Shown: one piece after another, positions 1 to 9,813 of the stretch
Position numbering within the stretch: the stretch's first letter is position 1
How the letters are laid out: each line of letters begins with the position of its first letter
DNA from: Candidatus Thorarchaeota archaeon
Lineage (GTDB): Archaea > Asgardarchaeota > Thorarchaeia > Thorarchaeales > Thorarchaeaceae
Reading direction: 5' to 3'
NCBI GenBank assembly: GCA_003345595.1
Contig: PRDI01000016.1
Span: 1 to 24,670 of the forward strand
Length of the DNA stretch: 24,670 nt
Translations under genes and position numbers: made by a program
Notes under the pieces: generated by a model
What the model saw: the letters and a program-made list of their open reading frames with translations, nothing else
The model's database searches: none
What the model was told of the DNA's origin: nothing

Positions 1-1417
1 GATACTGCTTTGAGAGCAGCGTGATTTCCGGCATGAGAACATCAATCAGATCCACGACGACCAAGGGCTCCGATTTCGCTTCCTCAGCTCTACGGACCTT
101 AGTTATCAGCTCGATGCACCGGTTTGCACCTTCAGTGACATAACGTCTCGCGCTCTGAACCTCCGGAGTGGAGTGTCGCGTGTCGAGAAGGTCTGCCCCC
201 GCCAGAATGAGCTGAAGCTGGTTTCCAATGTCGTGGAGCAGGAGGTCCAAAAGGAAGTGGGCTTCCTCTTCCGTACTCTTCAGCTCTGATACATCCGTGA
301 AGATGCCAAAACTGCCAATGTACTTCCCACTCAAATCATACAGCGGCGATGCCGATATCATGGCAGGCACTAGACCACCCGATTTATGGATCAGCTCTGC
401 CTCGTAGTGATCGAACCGGCCCTCTTGGCGGGCTTTCCTCTTCTCGTCAGCAGTCTCCTTTGACCAACCGTGCACAATCTCGTAGAAGGGGCGGCCGATT
501 ATCTCGTTGACCGACTCATAACCCAACATCCTGCATAGAGCCGCATTCACAAGCACCATCGTCCCGCTCTCGTCATCAACGCCGAAACCCGAGTCCATCG
601 TTTCTATGAGAGTCCGATATCTGTGCTCACTCTCCTGCAGTCGGTTCTCCTTTTCTTTCTCGTCTGTTATGTCGATAGCCTGCACTACCGTTTTGACCTG
701 ACCACCGCGGCTCGTCATCGTGCGACTGTTCAGTCTCACCTCTCGGACCAAACCATCCTTGGTCAGCACCTTGATGTCATAGGATGACGGAACGCTCTCT
801 CCGCTCTGTCTTCTTCTGTATCTGTCTGATACGAGATCCGTACTGTCAGGGTGCAGGAACTCCCTGAAGTCATGCGTAAGTATCTCGCTCCTTGTCCTAC
901 CTGTGATGTCGCAAAGGCTGTCGTTTGCATACTCGAGATGGTACTCGTTGTCCACCACACATATGCCAGCGGAAGCGTGTTCAATAATCATCTGGAACAT
1001 GTCCATCTGATCTCGCATCTTATCTTCCACAACCACACGACGCGACAAGTCAAAACCATATACCAAGAACCCGGTCAGCTTTCCTCCAGACATCAACCGC
1101 TGAGCAAAGGTTTCTGTAAGGACCTGGATCTGTCTTCGCCGCAGCAGTCTTAACGATACAGGTGTTGGCTTTGCGCCAGTGGCGAGTTGCTTCAGCCCCG
1201 CATGAATCATGCCGACCTGCTCGGGTGCGACAAGCTCTTCCGCATGGATTCCAGCCTCGATGTCAGCCTGTGTAAGACCTAGGACATTCAGAGTATACTG
1301 ATTCGCGTATACGACTTTCAGCTCAGTATCAAGCTCAACGACCGCGATTGGCATCTCCTCTGCAACTCGCCGGAATTGTTTGCGGTCACGGGGCCCAAAG
1401 TTCTCTGAGGACTTCAT
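1..1417 (-). CDS. PAS-domain sensor histidine kinase (3 PAS/PAC repeats + HisKA), runs off the left edge of the window
   Basis: Not in the ORF track. Manual translation from ATG 1417 is open to the window edge: MKSSENFGPR...VVYANQY...LEYANDSLCDITG...VLVNAALCRMLGY...GSFGIFTDVSELKSTEEEAHFLLDLLLHDIGNQLQLI (H-box HDIGN). Confidence 0.9.
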   Translation of the reverse strand, partial: MKSSENFGPRDRKQFRRVAEEMPIAVVELDTELKVVYANQYTLNVLGLTQADIEAGIHAEELVAPEQVGMIHAGLKQLATGAKPTPVSLRLLRRRQIQVLTETFAQRLMSGGKLTGFLVYGFDLSRRVVVEDKMRDQMDMFQMIIEHASAGICVVDNEYHLEYANDSLCDITGRTRSEILTHDFREFLHPDSTDLVSDRYRRRQSGESVPSSYDIKVLTKDGLVREVRLNSRTMTSRGGQVKTVVQAIDITDEKEKENRLQESEHRYRTLIETMDSGFGVDDESGTMVLVNAALCRMLGYESVNEIIGRPFYEIVHGWSKETADEKRKARQEGRFDHYEAELIHKSGGLVPAMISASPLYDLSGKYIGSFGIFTDVSELKSTEEEAHFLLDLLLHDIGNQLQLILAGADLLDTRHSTPEVQSARRYVTEGANRCIELITKVRRAEEAKSEPLVVVDLIDVLMPEITLLSKQY

Positions 1418-1589
1418 CGGTGTTTCAACTGACGGGACTGTTTTACGGGCGCGCTTGCCTGAGAGACGGGCTGGCGCTAGACGCAGAATCGTTCTGCGCC
1501 TCTAATACTTTGTCGTGATGAGTACAAGGTCACAATGACAACAACTTAAATGGCTGTACGTCAGTCCAGTGGGTCCACGAACAGAGTAG

Positions 1590-2093
1590 ATGGAGAATTC
1601 GGTCCATTTGAACAGCATCCTTGCCATTGACATCAAACGATGTACGGGTTGCAGAAACTGCGAACTTGCCTGTTCGGCGGCGCACACTGGGACATTCAAC
1701 CCTCGCAGATCGAGAGTCCAAGTACTCAAGGATGAGGTCAGAAACATGATACTGCCGGTGGTCTGTCTTCAGTGTGAGAAACCCCTGTGTGCCGGTTCTT
1801 GTCCGACACTTGCGATAGCAAAGAACTCCAAGGATATACTGGTCGTCGACGATGAACTCTGTATCGGATGTAAGGACTGTATGGCAGCCTGCATCTATGG
1901 CGGAATAGTGATGGACCCGCCGACAGGAAGGGCAATCAAATGCGACTTGTGTCAGGGCGACCCAGTGTGTGTGAAGGCATGTCCGTACGCTGCAATCGTG
2001 ATGCTTCCTGCCAAGCCCGACGGCGCTAGAGAGAGGTACGGCGGAATTGAAACATTGTCGTCATCATACGGACTAGTGAAGGAGGAAGCGTAG
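1590..2093 (+). CDS. Polyferredoxin (4x[4Fe-4S], DmsB/HycB/CooF-like), electron-transfer subunit of the adjacent AOR
   Basis: CTGCRNCELAC, CLQCEKPLC..CP, CIGCKDC..AC and KCDLC..DP.CVKACP motifs; 2 bp upstream of the AOR. The start may be TTG 1608. Confidence 0.92.
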   Translation: MENSVHLNSILAIDIKRCTGCRNCELACSAAHTGTFNPRRSRVQVLKDEVRNMILPVVCLQCEKPLCAGSCPTLAIAKNSKDILVVDDELCIGCKDCMAACIYGGIVMDPPTGRAIKCDLCQGDPVCVKACPYAAIVMLPAKPDGARERYGGIETLSSSYGLVKEEA

Positions 2094-2095
2094 AC

Positions 2096-4030
2096 TTGCC
2101 GTTCCGCTACAAAGGATATGCTGGGCACTATCTCGAAGTGGATCTCACCAAGGGGAAAGTCAACACAAGAGAGATGCAGGAGGAATGGGCTAGACTCTAT
2201 CTTGGTGGGTCAGGCGTGAGTGCCCGGATACTATGGGAAAGAACGGGGCCGCAGACAGAGCCGTTATCGCCCGACAATGTCCTTGTGGCAGCTACCGGAC
2301 CACTCACTGGAGCAATGTTCTCGCCATCAGGCAGAATGATGTTCGCTTCAAAGAGTCCTCTGACCGGCATATGGGCTGAGAGTCACGTGGGCGGTTTCTT
2401 GGGACCTGAGATGAAATACGCAGGGTTTGACCTGGTCATTCTTCACGGACGGTCACCGAAGCCGGTCTACCTGTTCCTCAATGACGGTAGGGCAGAGCTG
2501 TGCGATGCTACTCAGCTGTGGGGCAGAGAAACTAACGTGGCAGCAACGATGATTCGCGAAGAACACAGGGACCCCTCAACCGAGGTGGCTGTGATAGGAC
2601 CAGCGGGAGAGAATCAGGTACTGTTTGGCAGCATCACAGTAGACTTCTATCGAGCAGCAGGCCGCACTGGACTGGGGGCAGTGATGGGGTCGAAGAACCT
2701 CAAGGCGATAGCCGCGACGGGTTCACTCGCTGTTGAGGCTCATGACATGGACAAGTATCTTCAAGCCAATGAACAAGAGATGGCAAAGCTGAGCGACCCG
2801 CTCTGGACGGAGTCAATAGCCTCGCTGAGGAAGTACGGAACCACCGGTCTCGTGACCATGATTAACGAGATTGGCAGGCTCCCGACGAAGAATCATTGGA
2901 CTGGCTACTACGAGCATGCAGATGACATCGGACCTGAGGCGATCTCGAAGCAGTACAGAATCGCACAGGAGGCCTGCTACGGTTGCGCAATCGGATGCAA
3001 GTACATCTTCCGTGTCAAAGATGGGCCATTCGCCATAGGCCCAGCTGGTGGCTCCGAGTATGAGAGCATCATGGCCTTCGGATCGAACTGCCTGAACAAT
3101 GATCTGGCATCTGTGCTCTACATGGGTACAAGATGTGACCTGCTCGGAATGGACACCATATCCTGTGGTAAGACTATCGGATTCCTAATGGAGCTCTGGG
3201 AGAAAGGAATCCTGACGTCCAAGGACACAGGTGGTCTTGATCTCTCTTGGGGCAACACCGAGTCCATGGCGAAACTCGTGGAGATGGCAGCCAAACGCGA
3301 GGGGATCGGAGAGCTCCTAGCACTTGGCACTAGAAAAGCAGCTGAGAGGATTGGCGGTGATGCTCCGATGTACGCAATCCACTCCAAGGGTCTTGAGGCT
3401 TCAGGACAGGACCCCCGCGCGCACCAGTCCGTGGGGCTGACGTACGCCATAAACGTACGAGGAGCTGACCACCTCAGGAGTCTGTCAAGCCTCGAGGAAC
3501 TGGGTTACCCCGAAGTAATCATCAAGAGATTCGGTAAGGAGAAGTATGAGGAGATCAAGAAGATCACGTCGCCGGTATACAAGGGCGAGGTGATCAAAGA
3601 CATCGAGGATCTGTACGCACTCGTTGACTCAGCCGTGATATGCAAGTATGGCACGATGTGGCCGCCTGTATACTACTTTGAAACTTTCACTAACGTGATT
3701 CCTCCTTTGACAGGCATGGATGAGTGGTCCAGTATGAAGTTCGTGAGGGAAGCGGCCGAGAGAATATGTCACCTTAGAAGGGCCTACAACCACCGTCTAG
3801 GCATCACTCGAAAACAAGAAACCCTTCCCAAGAGGCTCTTGTCCGACCCAATGCCCACGGGACCTGCAAAGGGCGGTCTCCCGGACCTAGACTACATGCT
3901 GGATGAGTACTACACGAAACGCGGATGCGATCTGAAGACAGGATTTCCGAAGAAAGAAACCCTTGTTCGACTCAAGCTGGATGCCGTTGCAGGCGACCTC
4001 GAAAGCCGAGGCTTGTTGGCAAGTAATTGA
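2096..4030 (+). CDS. aor: Aldehyde:ferredoxin oxidoreductase family (W/Mo bis-pterin) large subunit, paralog 1
   Basis: GYAG..L.VDL, KSPLTG, IGPAGEN, GRTGLGAVMGSKNLKA, CYGCAIGC, EYE, GMDTIS, RGADH, DSAVIC and LDEYY..RG motifs. Substrate unknown. Confidence 0.93.
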   Translation: MPFRYKGYAGHYLEVDLTKGKVNTREMQEEWARLYLGGSGVSARILWERTGPQTEPLSPDNVLVAATGPLTGAMFSPSGRMMFASKSPLTGIWAESHVGGFLGPEMKYAGFDLVILHGRSPKPVYLFLNDGRAELCDATQLWGRETNVAATMIREEHRDPSTEVAVIGPAGENQVLFGSITVDFYRAAGRTGLGAVMGSKNLKAIAATGSLAVEAHDMDKYLQANEQEMAKLSDPLWTESIASLRKYGTTGLVTMINEIGRLPTKNHWTGYYEHADDIGPEAISKQYRIAQEACYGCAIGCKYIFRVKDGPFAIGPAGGSEYESIMAFGSNCLNNDLASVLYMGTRCDLLGMDTISCGKTIGFLMELWEKGILTSKDTGGLDLSWGNTESMAKLVEMAAKREGIGELLALGTRKAAERIGGDAPMYAIHSKGLEASGQDPRAHQSVGLTYAINVRGADHLRSLSSLEELGYPEVIIKRFGKEKYEEIKKITSPVYKGEVIKDIEDLYALVDSAVICKYGTMWPPVYYFETFTNVIPPLTGMDEWSSMKFVREAAERICHLRRAYNHRLGITRKQETLPKRLLSDPMPTGPAKGGLPDLDYMLDEYYTKRGCDLKTGFPKKETLVRLKLDAVAGDLESRGLLASN

Positions 4031-4085
4031 CCAGGAAGACCCTGATATCAGAACTCTTATGTCAGGTGTCGCATGACCCTTTGAC

Positions 4086-5180
4086 GTGGCAGACATTACT
4101 GTTCAGATATCCGGACTAAGCTTCAAGACGCCAGTCATGACAGCAGCGGGCCCGATGGCACGTGACGGCGCGACGCTTCTAGAGGCTGCCAAGGGCGGAG
4201 CAGGGGGTCTTGTCGCGAAAACAGTCAGCACTAAGCCTGCCGAAGTGCCCAAGCCCAACATTGCTGCAGTAGAGAGCGGCAGACTGGGTTCAAGGAGGGG
4301 ACTGTTGAACGCAGAGCTCTGGAGCGAACTTCCCTTGGAGAGATGGCTCAAAGATGAGTACCCCCTGGCACTGAAGGCAGGTCTGCCCTTGATAGCGAGC
4401 ATCGGCTACACACCTGAGGATGTGGCAAAGATTGGGCCACTAGTCGAGAGTGCTGGAGTGAGCGCCATCGAGTTCAGCACGCACTACGTAGGCGGCCATG
4501 TTGAGATAGCCAAGGCCCTGAAACAGTGTGTTTCGATACCTGTGTTCGCAAAGCTGAGCCCTCAAGTGGACGTCGCCAAGGTCGCAAAGACGCTGGAGCC
4601 GTATGTCGATGGCATAGTGGCAATCAATACACTGGGTCCGTGTCTGAGGATTGACGTCGAAACATGCCGTCCCGTGCTGGGGAGCGACAAGGGCTATGGA
4701 TGGATGAGCGGAGCCGCTCTTAGGCCAATTGCCATGAGATGCGTTGCAGAAATCGCCCAAGCTGTGAATCTTCCAATTATAGCCTCTGGAGGTGTCATAA
4801 ACGGTCAAGATGCCATTGAGTTCTTCATGGCAGGGGCATCTGCAGTCCAGGTCTGCACTGCAGCGATACTCGAAGGGCCTGCCGTATATGGAAGAATCGC
4901 GACTGAAATCCACAAATGGCTCGACTCGCATGACTATCCATCGGTAGAATCGGTCCGAGGTGTTGCACTACCGTATCTCAAGAAGAAACGACTGCTCAGA
5001 CCGCCTGTCAGGGTCGACACAGACAGATGCACTCTGTGTGGGTTGTGCGCCAAGTCATGTGCCTACTCGGCCCTGAATTTGGACAGTCAGGCCAAGGTGC
5101 TTCACATTGATAGTGCCGCATGTGTGGGCTGCGGGCTCTGCGTTTCACTCTGCCCGGAACACGCACTCAGTAGCGAATGA
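4086..5180 (+). CDS. Dihydroorotate/dihydropyrimidine dehydrogenase (PreA-like) FMN barrel with C-terminal 2x[4Fe-4S] domain; atypical active-site loop
   Basis: PVMTAAGP, VAKT, VFAKLSP, GIVAINT, GWMSG.ALRPIA, PIIASGGV, AGASAVQVCTA; C-terminal CTLCGLC..SC and CVGCGLC..LCP. Confidence 0.85.
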   Translation: MADITVQISGLSFKTPVMTAAGPMARDGATLLEAAKGGAGGLVAKTVSTKPAEVPKPNIAAVESGRLGSRRGLLNAELWSELPLERWLKDEYPLALKAGLPLIASIGYTPEDVAKIGPLVESAGVSAIEFSTHYVGGHVEIAKALKQCVSIPVFAKLSPQVDVAKVAKTLEPYVDGIVAINTLGPCLRIDVETCRPVLGSDKGYGWMSGAALRPIAMRCVAEIAQAVNLPIIASGGVINGQDAIEFFMAGASAVQVCTAAILEGPAVYGRIATEIHKWLDSHDYPSVESVRGVALPYLKKKRLLRPPVRVDTDRCTLCGLCAKSCAYSALNLDSQAKVLHIDSAACVGCGLCVSLCPEHALSSE

Positions 5181-5196
5181 CACTATCTGTCGGTGC

Positions 5197-6381
5197 TCAT
5201 AACAATGTCACGTCATCAAGTCCACGGGTCAGCAGCTTCGCTTTGCCTTTTGTCACAACGTAGTCGTCCTCCAGTCGGACCCCGCCAGTGGACTTCAGAT
5301 AGACGCCAGGCTCAAGTGTGATCACATGACCTTCAGAGAACTTCTCAGTATAATGATACATATTGGGGTTCTCATGTACCTCGAGTCCGATGCCATGACC
5401 TAGACCATGAGTCATGCCCTCCGTGGCAGTGGGGTTGAGCCTTCTGGAGTCAAACCCATGCGCCTTCAAGGACTTGAAGCAGGCCATGTTCACGTCATCT
5501 ATGACTGCGCCATCGGTGAGTGTGTCTACTGCAGCGGCTTTGGCCTCATCTACTGCATCGTACATTGTCTTGACCCTATCACTCATTGGGCCCTTGACGA
5601 CAGTGCGTGTGATGTCTGCTACGTACCGATCGAGCTTCAGCCTTGGAAACACATCGATGATGATTGGCTCTCCTGCCTTCATCACATCCCGTGGTGCACC
5701 AAGATAGTGCCAGTCGAAACCCTTCTTCCCTACATCTACGATTGCATCCTCAGCGGACTCCGCAGACCTCGTGACCAGAGCTAGCTCAAGCTTCAGCTTG
5801 AAATCGCCTACAGTAAGCGGTTGACCCTTGTGGATCAGTATCTTGTTGGGACCCACCTTCGAATCCCGTATCATCTGAAAAGCCTCGGTCATGCTCTCAA
5901 TAGTGGCATCACCGGCCTTTCTGATTGTCTTTATCTCAGCGCCAGACTTCCTCGCGCGAGCTTCCTTCAGCAGGTCGGGCATGACTCTCACATCGTAACC
6001 CAGCTTCTGGACTGCAACTAGCACTCTCGCAGGAATATGATCGGGCACACCCAAGACCTTCCCTGTGAAGAGGTTCTTCAGAACATCTCGATAGATGATT
6101 TCTGGGTTCTCCTGCGCTCTCTTGTTCTCCCGCATCAGTGAGACGTACAGCTCTGTAAGGTCGTGTGTGTGCTTGACGAAACTCTGGCTTCGGATTCGAT
6201 CCAATGTATTGAATCCTGCAGCGATCACTTGGGGCTCGTTCCGGCTCTTGAAGCAGATTATAGAGTCAGTTGAACGAAACCCAGTCATCCAGAAGATATC
6301 AGGCACTTCGAATGCGCTGCCTTCAGCCACAATGGCATCAATGCCTGCGATTTCCATAAGACGGTCCAAGTCATCAAGCAT
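5197..6381 (-). CDS. Xaa-Pro aminopeptidase/prolidase family (M24B)
   Basis: Metal-ligand motifs IDVFP...ADITRT, HGLGHGIGLEVHE, EPGVY, GGVRLEDD. ATG 6381 preferred; the ORF track starts at 6408. Confidence 0.9.
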   Translation of the reverse strand: MLDDLDRLMEIAGIDAIVAEGSAFEVPDIFWMTGFRSTDSIICFKSRNEPQVIAAGFNTLDRIRSQSFVKHTHDLTELYVSLMRENKRAQENPEIIYRDVLKNLFTGKVLGVPDHIPARVLVAVQKLGYDVRVMPDLLKEARARKSGAEIKTIRKAGDATIESMTEAFQMIRDSKVGPNKILIHKGQPLTVGDFKLKLELALVTRSAESAEDAIVDVGKKGFDWHYLGAPRDVMKAGEPIIIDVFPRLKLDRYVADITRTVVKGPMSDRVKTMYDAVDEAKAAAVDTLTDGAVIDDVNMACFKSLKAHGFDSRRLNPTATEGMTHGLGHGIGLEVHENPNMYHYTEKFSEGHVITLEPGVYLKSTGGVRLEDDYVVTKGKAKLLTRGLDDVTLL

Positions 6382-6434
6382 GACAACACCCGGTATGGAG
6401 GTCTGCAATATGCATCAGTGAAAAAGCCTTCCTT

Positions 6435-7349
6435 TCACGAATACAGATAGGGTTTCATCCGCTTCTCGACTTGTTCGCGACTCGGCATGTCATAAGGACC
6501 CACGGTTTCCAGATTGTATGAGGCACACGTGGCACCAAACAGTCCTGCTCTCCTGATGTCACCTGTCCTCATGTACTCCAGCAGGAACCCGATCGTGTAT
6601 GTGTCTCCGCATCCTGTAGAGTCAACGAACTTGTCCGCGAGAACAAGAGGGATGTCGGTACGTCCGTTGCGCGTGTATATCCTGGATCCCCTACGATCGC
6701 GAGTCACTATCACAATCTTGGGGCCAAGCCTTGTGATCTTCTCCACAGCTAATGTCTCCGGTACCTTCCCATAGGCAATCTTGAGCTCCTTGTCATCGAA
6801 CTTGGCCGAGTCTACATACCTTAGAACTTCATCACGTTCATCCCAGTTCCTAGGTACAACTCGGTCGCCCTCTATTGCCCGGAGATATCCTTGAACATCA
6901 AGGGACACAAACGCTCCTGACGTGTCTGCAATCTCAAGACAAGACATGTGCAGTTCAGCGGCAGTCAATGGGCAGAAATGGAAGATGGTTGAATGTAGAT
7001 GGTGACTGAGATAGTCATCTCCTCTAAGGGAGGGCGCAACGGCCTCGACTCGTTGTGTCCTGTTTCCCTGAGCGTCGTATATGTTTACGAAACGCGTGGT
7101 GTGAGGCCCACTTGTCCTGAGTCCAGTCAGGTCGAGGCCTGACATCCTTAGAGCATTCATATACTCCTGATTGAAATCCTGTCCGACCCGCGTGACTATG
7201 CCCGACCTCATTGCACCCACGGCAGGCGCAAGCATAGCATAGGCGGTCCCGCCACCCAGTGACTCACGCGTCAGCTCGGGTGTGATAAGAAGGTCCCTAC
7301 TGAGATGGCCTACGACAGTAATCTCCAAGCCGGGCCGTACTCGTGACAT
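6435..7349 (-). CDS. PfkB/ribokinase-family carbohydrate or nucleoside kinase
   Basis: VGH...D, GGGTAY, DVQG, VT....GS and the C-terminal DSTGCGDTY signature. Confidence 0.9.
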   Translation of the reverse strand: MSRVRPGLEITVVGHLSRDLLITPELTRESLGGGTAYAMLAPAVGAMRSGIVTRVGQDFNQEYMNALRMSGLDLTGLRTSGPHTTRFVNIYDAQGNRTQRVEAVAPSLRGDDYLSHHLHSTIFHFCPLTAAELHMSCLEIADTSGAFVSLDVQGYLRAIEGDRVVPRNWDERDEVLRYVDSAKFDDKELKIAYGKVPETLAVEKITRLGPKIVIVTRDRRGSRIYTRNGRTDIPLVLADKFVDSTGCGDTYTIGFLLEYMRTGDIRRAGLFGATCASYNLETVGPYDMPSREQVEKRMKPYLYS

Positions 7350-7388
7350 AGAAACCCGAGCGGCAGAGGAACCTGCTCGCCTATAACC

Positions 7389-8054
7389 TCAGTGATGCTC
7401 AGCAGGTTCGTCCACGTGATATGAAACGTACCAGTATCGACTTCCGTAGAAGACGTTGGGTAGTCCAAAACTAGGAACAACACTCCTGAAAATCTCAACC
7501 AGCTGGGAAGTGGTGTAGTAGTTCTTCAGAATGAGGTGTTGGCTTCCGTCCCGCAGAATTCTTGACTTGAAGGTGTCATCACTGCCATCGATGACTTTCA
7601 AATCCCCGCCCAGGCCAGGCACAAAGTTGTTGTCTGCTATGAACACGCGTGAATGAGGCAGCAGCAATCGGTGTAGTTGGGATAGGAAGCCATGGACCAG
7701 ACTTCTTGGAATATGAGAGAACCAGAAGTTGGCAAGTGCTGCATCGAACGAACGTGACTTGAAAGGGAGGCTATAGGCGTCTGCGATTGCGAAGGTGAGA
7801 GGACAGCCGTACTCTTTTGTCCTGGCAATCGCGAGCATCTCTGAGGATACGTCTGTCGCGAGAATCCACTTGGCCGACTCGGACAGAGAACGCGTCCAAT
7901 AGCCAGTTCCGCAGGCCACCTCTAGAATGCGTCGTCCTTGGAGCGTTGTCGTAAGGCTATGTCTTATCGTCTGAAGTTCCCTCTGGGCAGCGCTGTCGTC
8001 CCGGTGGTATACTTCCTCGTACTCCTCTGCGCGCCTGCTGTAGTACTCTCGCAT
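7389..8054 (-). CDS. Class I SAM-dependent methyltransferase
   Basis: MREYYSRRAEEYE, ILEVACGTGYWT, ATD.S.EML, DAYSLP, FWFSHIP. ATG 8054 chosen because the longer ORF overlaps moaD. Confidence 0.88.
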   Translation of the reverse strand: MREYYSRRAEEYEEVYHRDDSAAQRELQTIRHSLTTTLQGRRILEVACGTGYWTRSLSESAKWILATDVSSEMLAIARTKEYGCPLTFAIADAYSLPFKSRSFDAALANFWFSHIPRSLVHGFLSQLHRLLLPHSRVFIADNNFVPGLGGDLKVIDGSDDTFKSRILRDGSQHLILKNYYTTSQLVEIFRSVVPSFGLPNVFYGSRYWYVSYHVDEPAEHH

Positions 8055-8121
8055 CCCAACAGATGTCCAGTAAGCAACCATTAAAATCCTTGGGGGTTTC
8101 CATGTATCAGGGTCAAACTCC

Positions 8122-8403
8122 TTGGCGACAGTAACTGTGAGGTTCTTTGCGACAGTCCGCGAGATTACGGGCACCAAGAGCATTGAGATTGAAGCAGAGG
8201 ACATCAATGATATGTTGACCAAGCTTGGTCAGACCTACGGCAAGTCCTTCACAAATGCCGTCATTGATTCCAGCTCAGGGCAACTCAAGCGATTCTACTC
8301 ATGCATGGTGAATGGCAAGAGAATCGAACTGATTGATGGCTATCAGACCAGACTCAAAGACAAAGATGTCGTGGCACTGTTTCCACCCGTTGGAGGTGGC
8401 TAA
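8122..8403 (+). CDS. moaD: MoaD/SAMP ubiquitin-like sulfur carrier
   Basis: VTVRFFAT.RE, MVNG, C-terminal ALFPPVGGG; TTG start; heads an operon containing an AOR. Confidence 0.88.
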   Translation: MATVTVRFFATVREITGTKSIEIEAEDINDMLTKLGQTYGKSFTNAVIDSSSGQLKRFYSCMVNGKRIELIDGYQTRLKDKDVVALFPPVGGG

Positions 8404-8451
8404 GAAGTGCACCGTCCGCTACCCGCTGGAACACAAGCACCCGGGCGAGCC

Positions 8452-9810
8452 GTGGATCTTGTCATAAGGAACGCCAAGCTGCTTCTCGAGTCGGGGCTTG
8501 TAAGAGGAGGTGTCGCCGTTTCTGGAGACCGCATCTGCCTCATTGCGACAGACGAGCATCTTCCAAGCGCGAACACGGTCATCGATGCCCATCAAAAGGT
8601 TCTGATGCCCGGCCTGATTGACGGCCATGCTCACCTTCACGATCCTGCGAGGCTTGACCATGAAGACTTCACGACGGGATCACGTGCAGCTGCCGCAGGT
8701 GGTGTGACCACTGTCGTTGATATGCCTCTAACTAGTCCGGTACTCTCCCCTCAAGCTGTGGAAGAGAAGGCAAAACAGGGGGAATCAATGTCGATTGTGG
8801 ACTTTGGGCTATACGCCGGCATGATGAGCGCAGACAGCGTCGCTGTAATCCCTTCTTTGATAGAGAAAGGAGTCGCCGCCTTCAAGGCTTTCACATGTGC
8901 CCCCTATTTTGCGAATGATGGCGTGATAACGCGACTGTTGAGCGAGGTCTCCGAACATGGTGGCCATCTGACTGTGCACTGTGAGAACCAAGGCGTCCTT
9001 GATGAGTTCAAGAAGGACTTGGAGGGTGAGTGGGATGCGCCGGTGAGCCACTCTCTCGCGCGTCCAAACCTGGCCGAACAGCTTGCTGTGCACCAGACAG
9101 TAGGAATCGCCCAGCAGACCGGCGGACACCTTCACATTGCCCATGTTTCCACGCGCGAGGCAGTGAAGGAGATCGAGCGTGGCAGAGCAGCTGGAATCAC
9201 GATCACTTCAGAGGTGTGCCCACATCACCTTGTGTTCTATAGGGATGAGATGAACAGGTTGGGACCAAAGAGCAAGATGAACCCGCCGCTGAGGTCCAAA
9301 GAAGACCGAGCCGCCCTCTGGGCTGCCCTTCTACGAGGGTCGATAGAAATGGCAGTGAGCGACCATGCGCCTAGCCCGGCAGAAGAGAAAGACAGCGGTA
9401 AGGAGGACATCAGAGAGGCATGGTCTGGAGTCGATGGCATCCAGATGATATTGAGAATCCTGCTCTCAGAAGGCGTTAACAAAGGGCGCCTCTCATTCTC
9501 AAGGCTCCTCGACGTGACCTGCAGGAATCCTGCAAGGATATTCGGGCTGTATCCAAAGAAGGGTGTTCTCCAAGTCGGGTCTGATGCAGACATGGTCATT
9601 GTTGACCCCACTCGAGAAGAAACAATGAAGACAGACATGATGTTCTCGAAGTGTGGATGGACATTATATGAGGGGATGGCGATGAAGGGGGCACCTGTCA
9701 TGACATTCGTCAGGGGAGTACAGGTCTTCAACGAAGACAGGACTACCATCAAGCCCGGCTATGGCAGGTTCCAGAAAATGGGAGATGCGGGAAAGGTCGT
9801 AGAGGACTAG
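8452..9810 (+). CDS. Cyclic amidohydrolase (allantoinase/dihydropyrimidinase/dihydroorotase family)
   Basis: DGHAH, AAAAGGVTTVVDMP, FK (carbamylated Lys position), HCEN, HIAHVST, EVCPHHL, KMNPPLR, SDHAP, NPARIFGL, GSDAD. GTG 8452 preferred; 8407 possible. Confidence 0.88.
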   Translation: MDLVIRNAKLLLESGLVRGGVAVSGDRICLIATDEHLPSANTVIDAHQKVLMPGLIDGHAHLHDPARLDHEDFTTGSRAAAAGGVTTVVDMPLTSPVLSPQAVEEKAKQGESMSIVDFGLYAGMMSADSVAVIPSLIEKGVAAFKAFTCAPYFANDGVITRLLSEVSEHGGHLTVHCENQGVLDEFKKDLEGEWDAPVSHSLARPNLAEQLAVHQTVGIAQQTGGHLHIAHVSTREAVKEIERGRAAGITITSEVCPHHLVFYRDEMNRLGPKSKMNPPLRSKEDRAALWAALLRGSIEMAVSDHAPSPAEEKDSGKEDIREAWSGVDGIQMILRILLSEGVNKGRLSFSRLLDVTCRNPARIFGLYPKKGVLQVGSDADMVIVDPTREETMKTDMMFSKCGWTLYEGMAMKGAPVMTFVRGVQVFNEDRTTIKPGYGRFQKMGDAGKVVED

Positions 9811-9813
9811 ACC

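Noticed and set aside
1502-1747. Minus-strand ORF in frame with the histidine kinase across a TAG
   Set aside because: It is antisense to the polyferredoxin, has no recognisable motif, and the kinase has its own ATG at 1417.
7389-8222. Long N-terminal extensions in the ORF track (this ORF, also those starting at 12629, 18569, 20123 and 21088)
   Set aside because: They overlap neighbouring genes or promoter-like boxes, and family similarity starts at downstream start codons.
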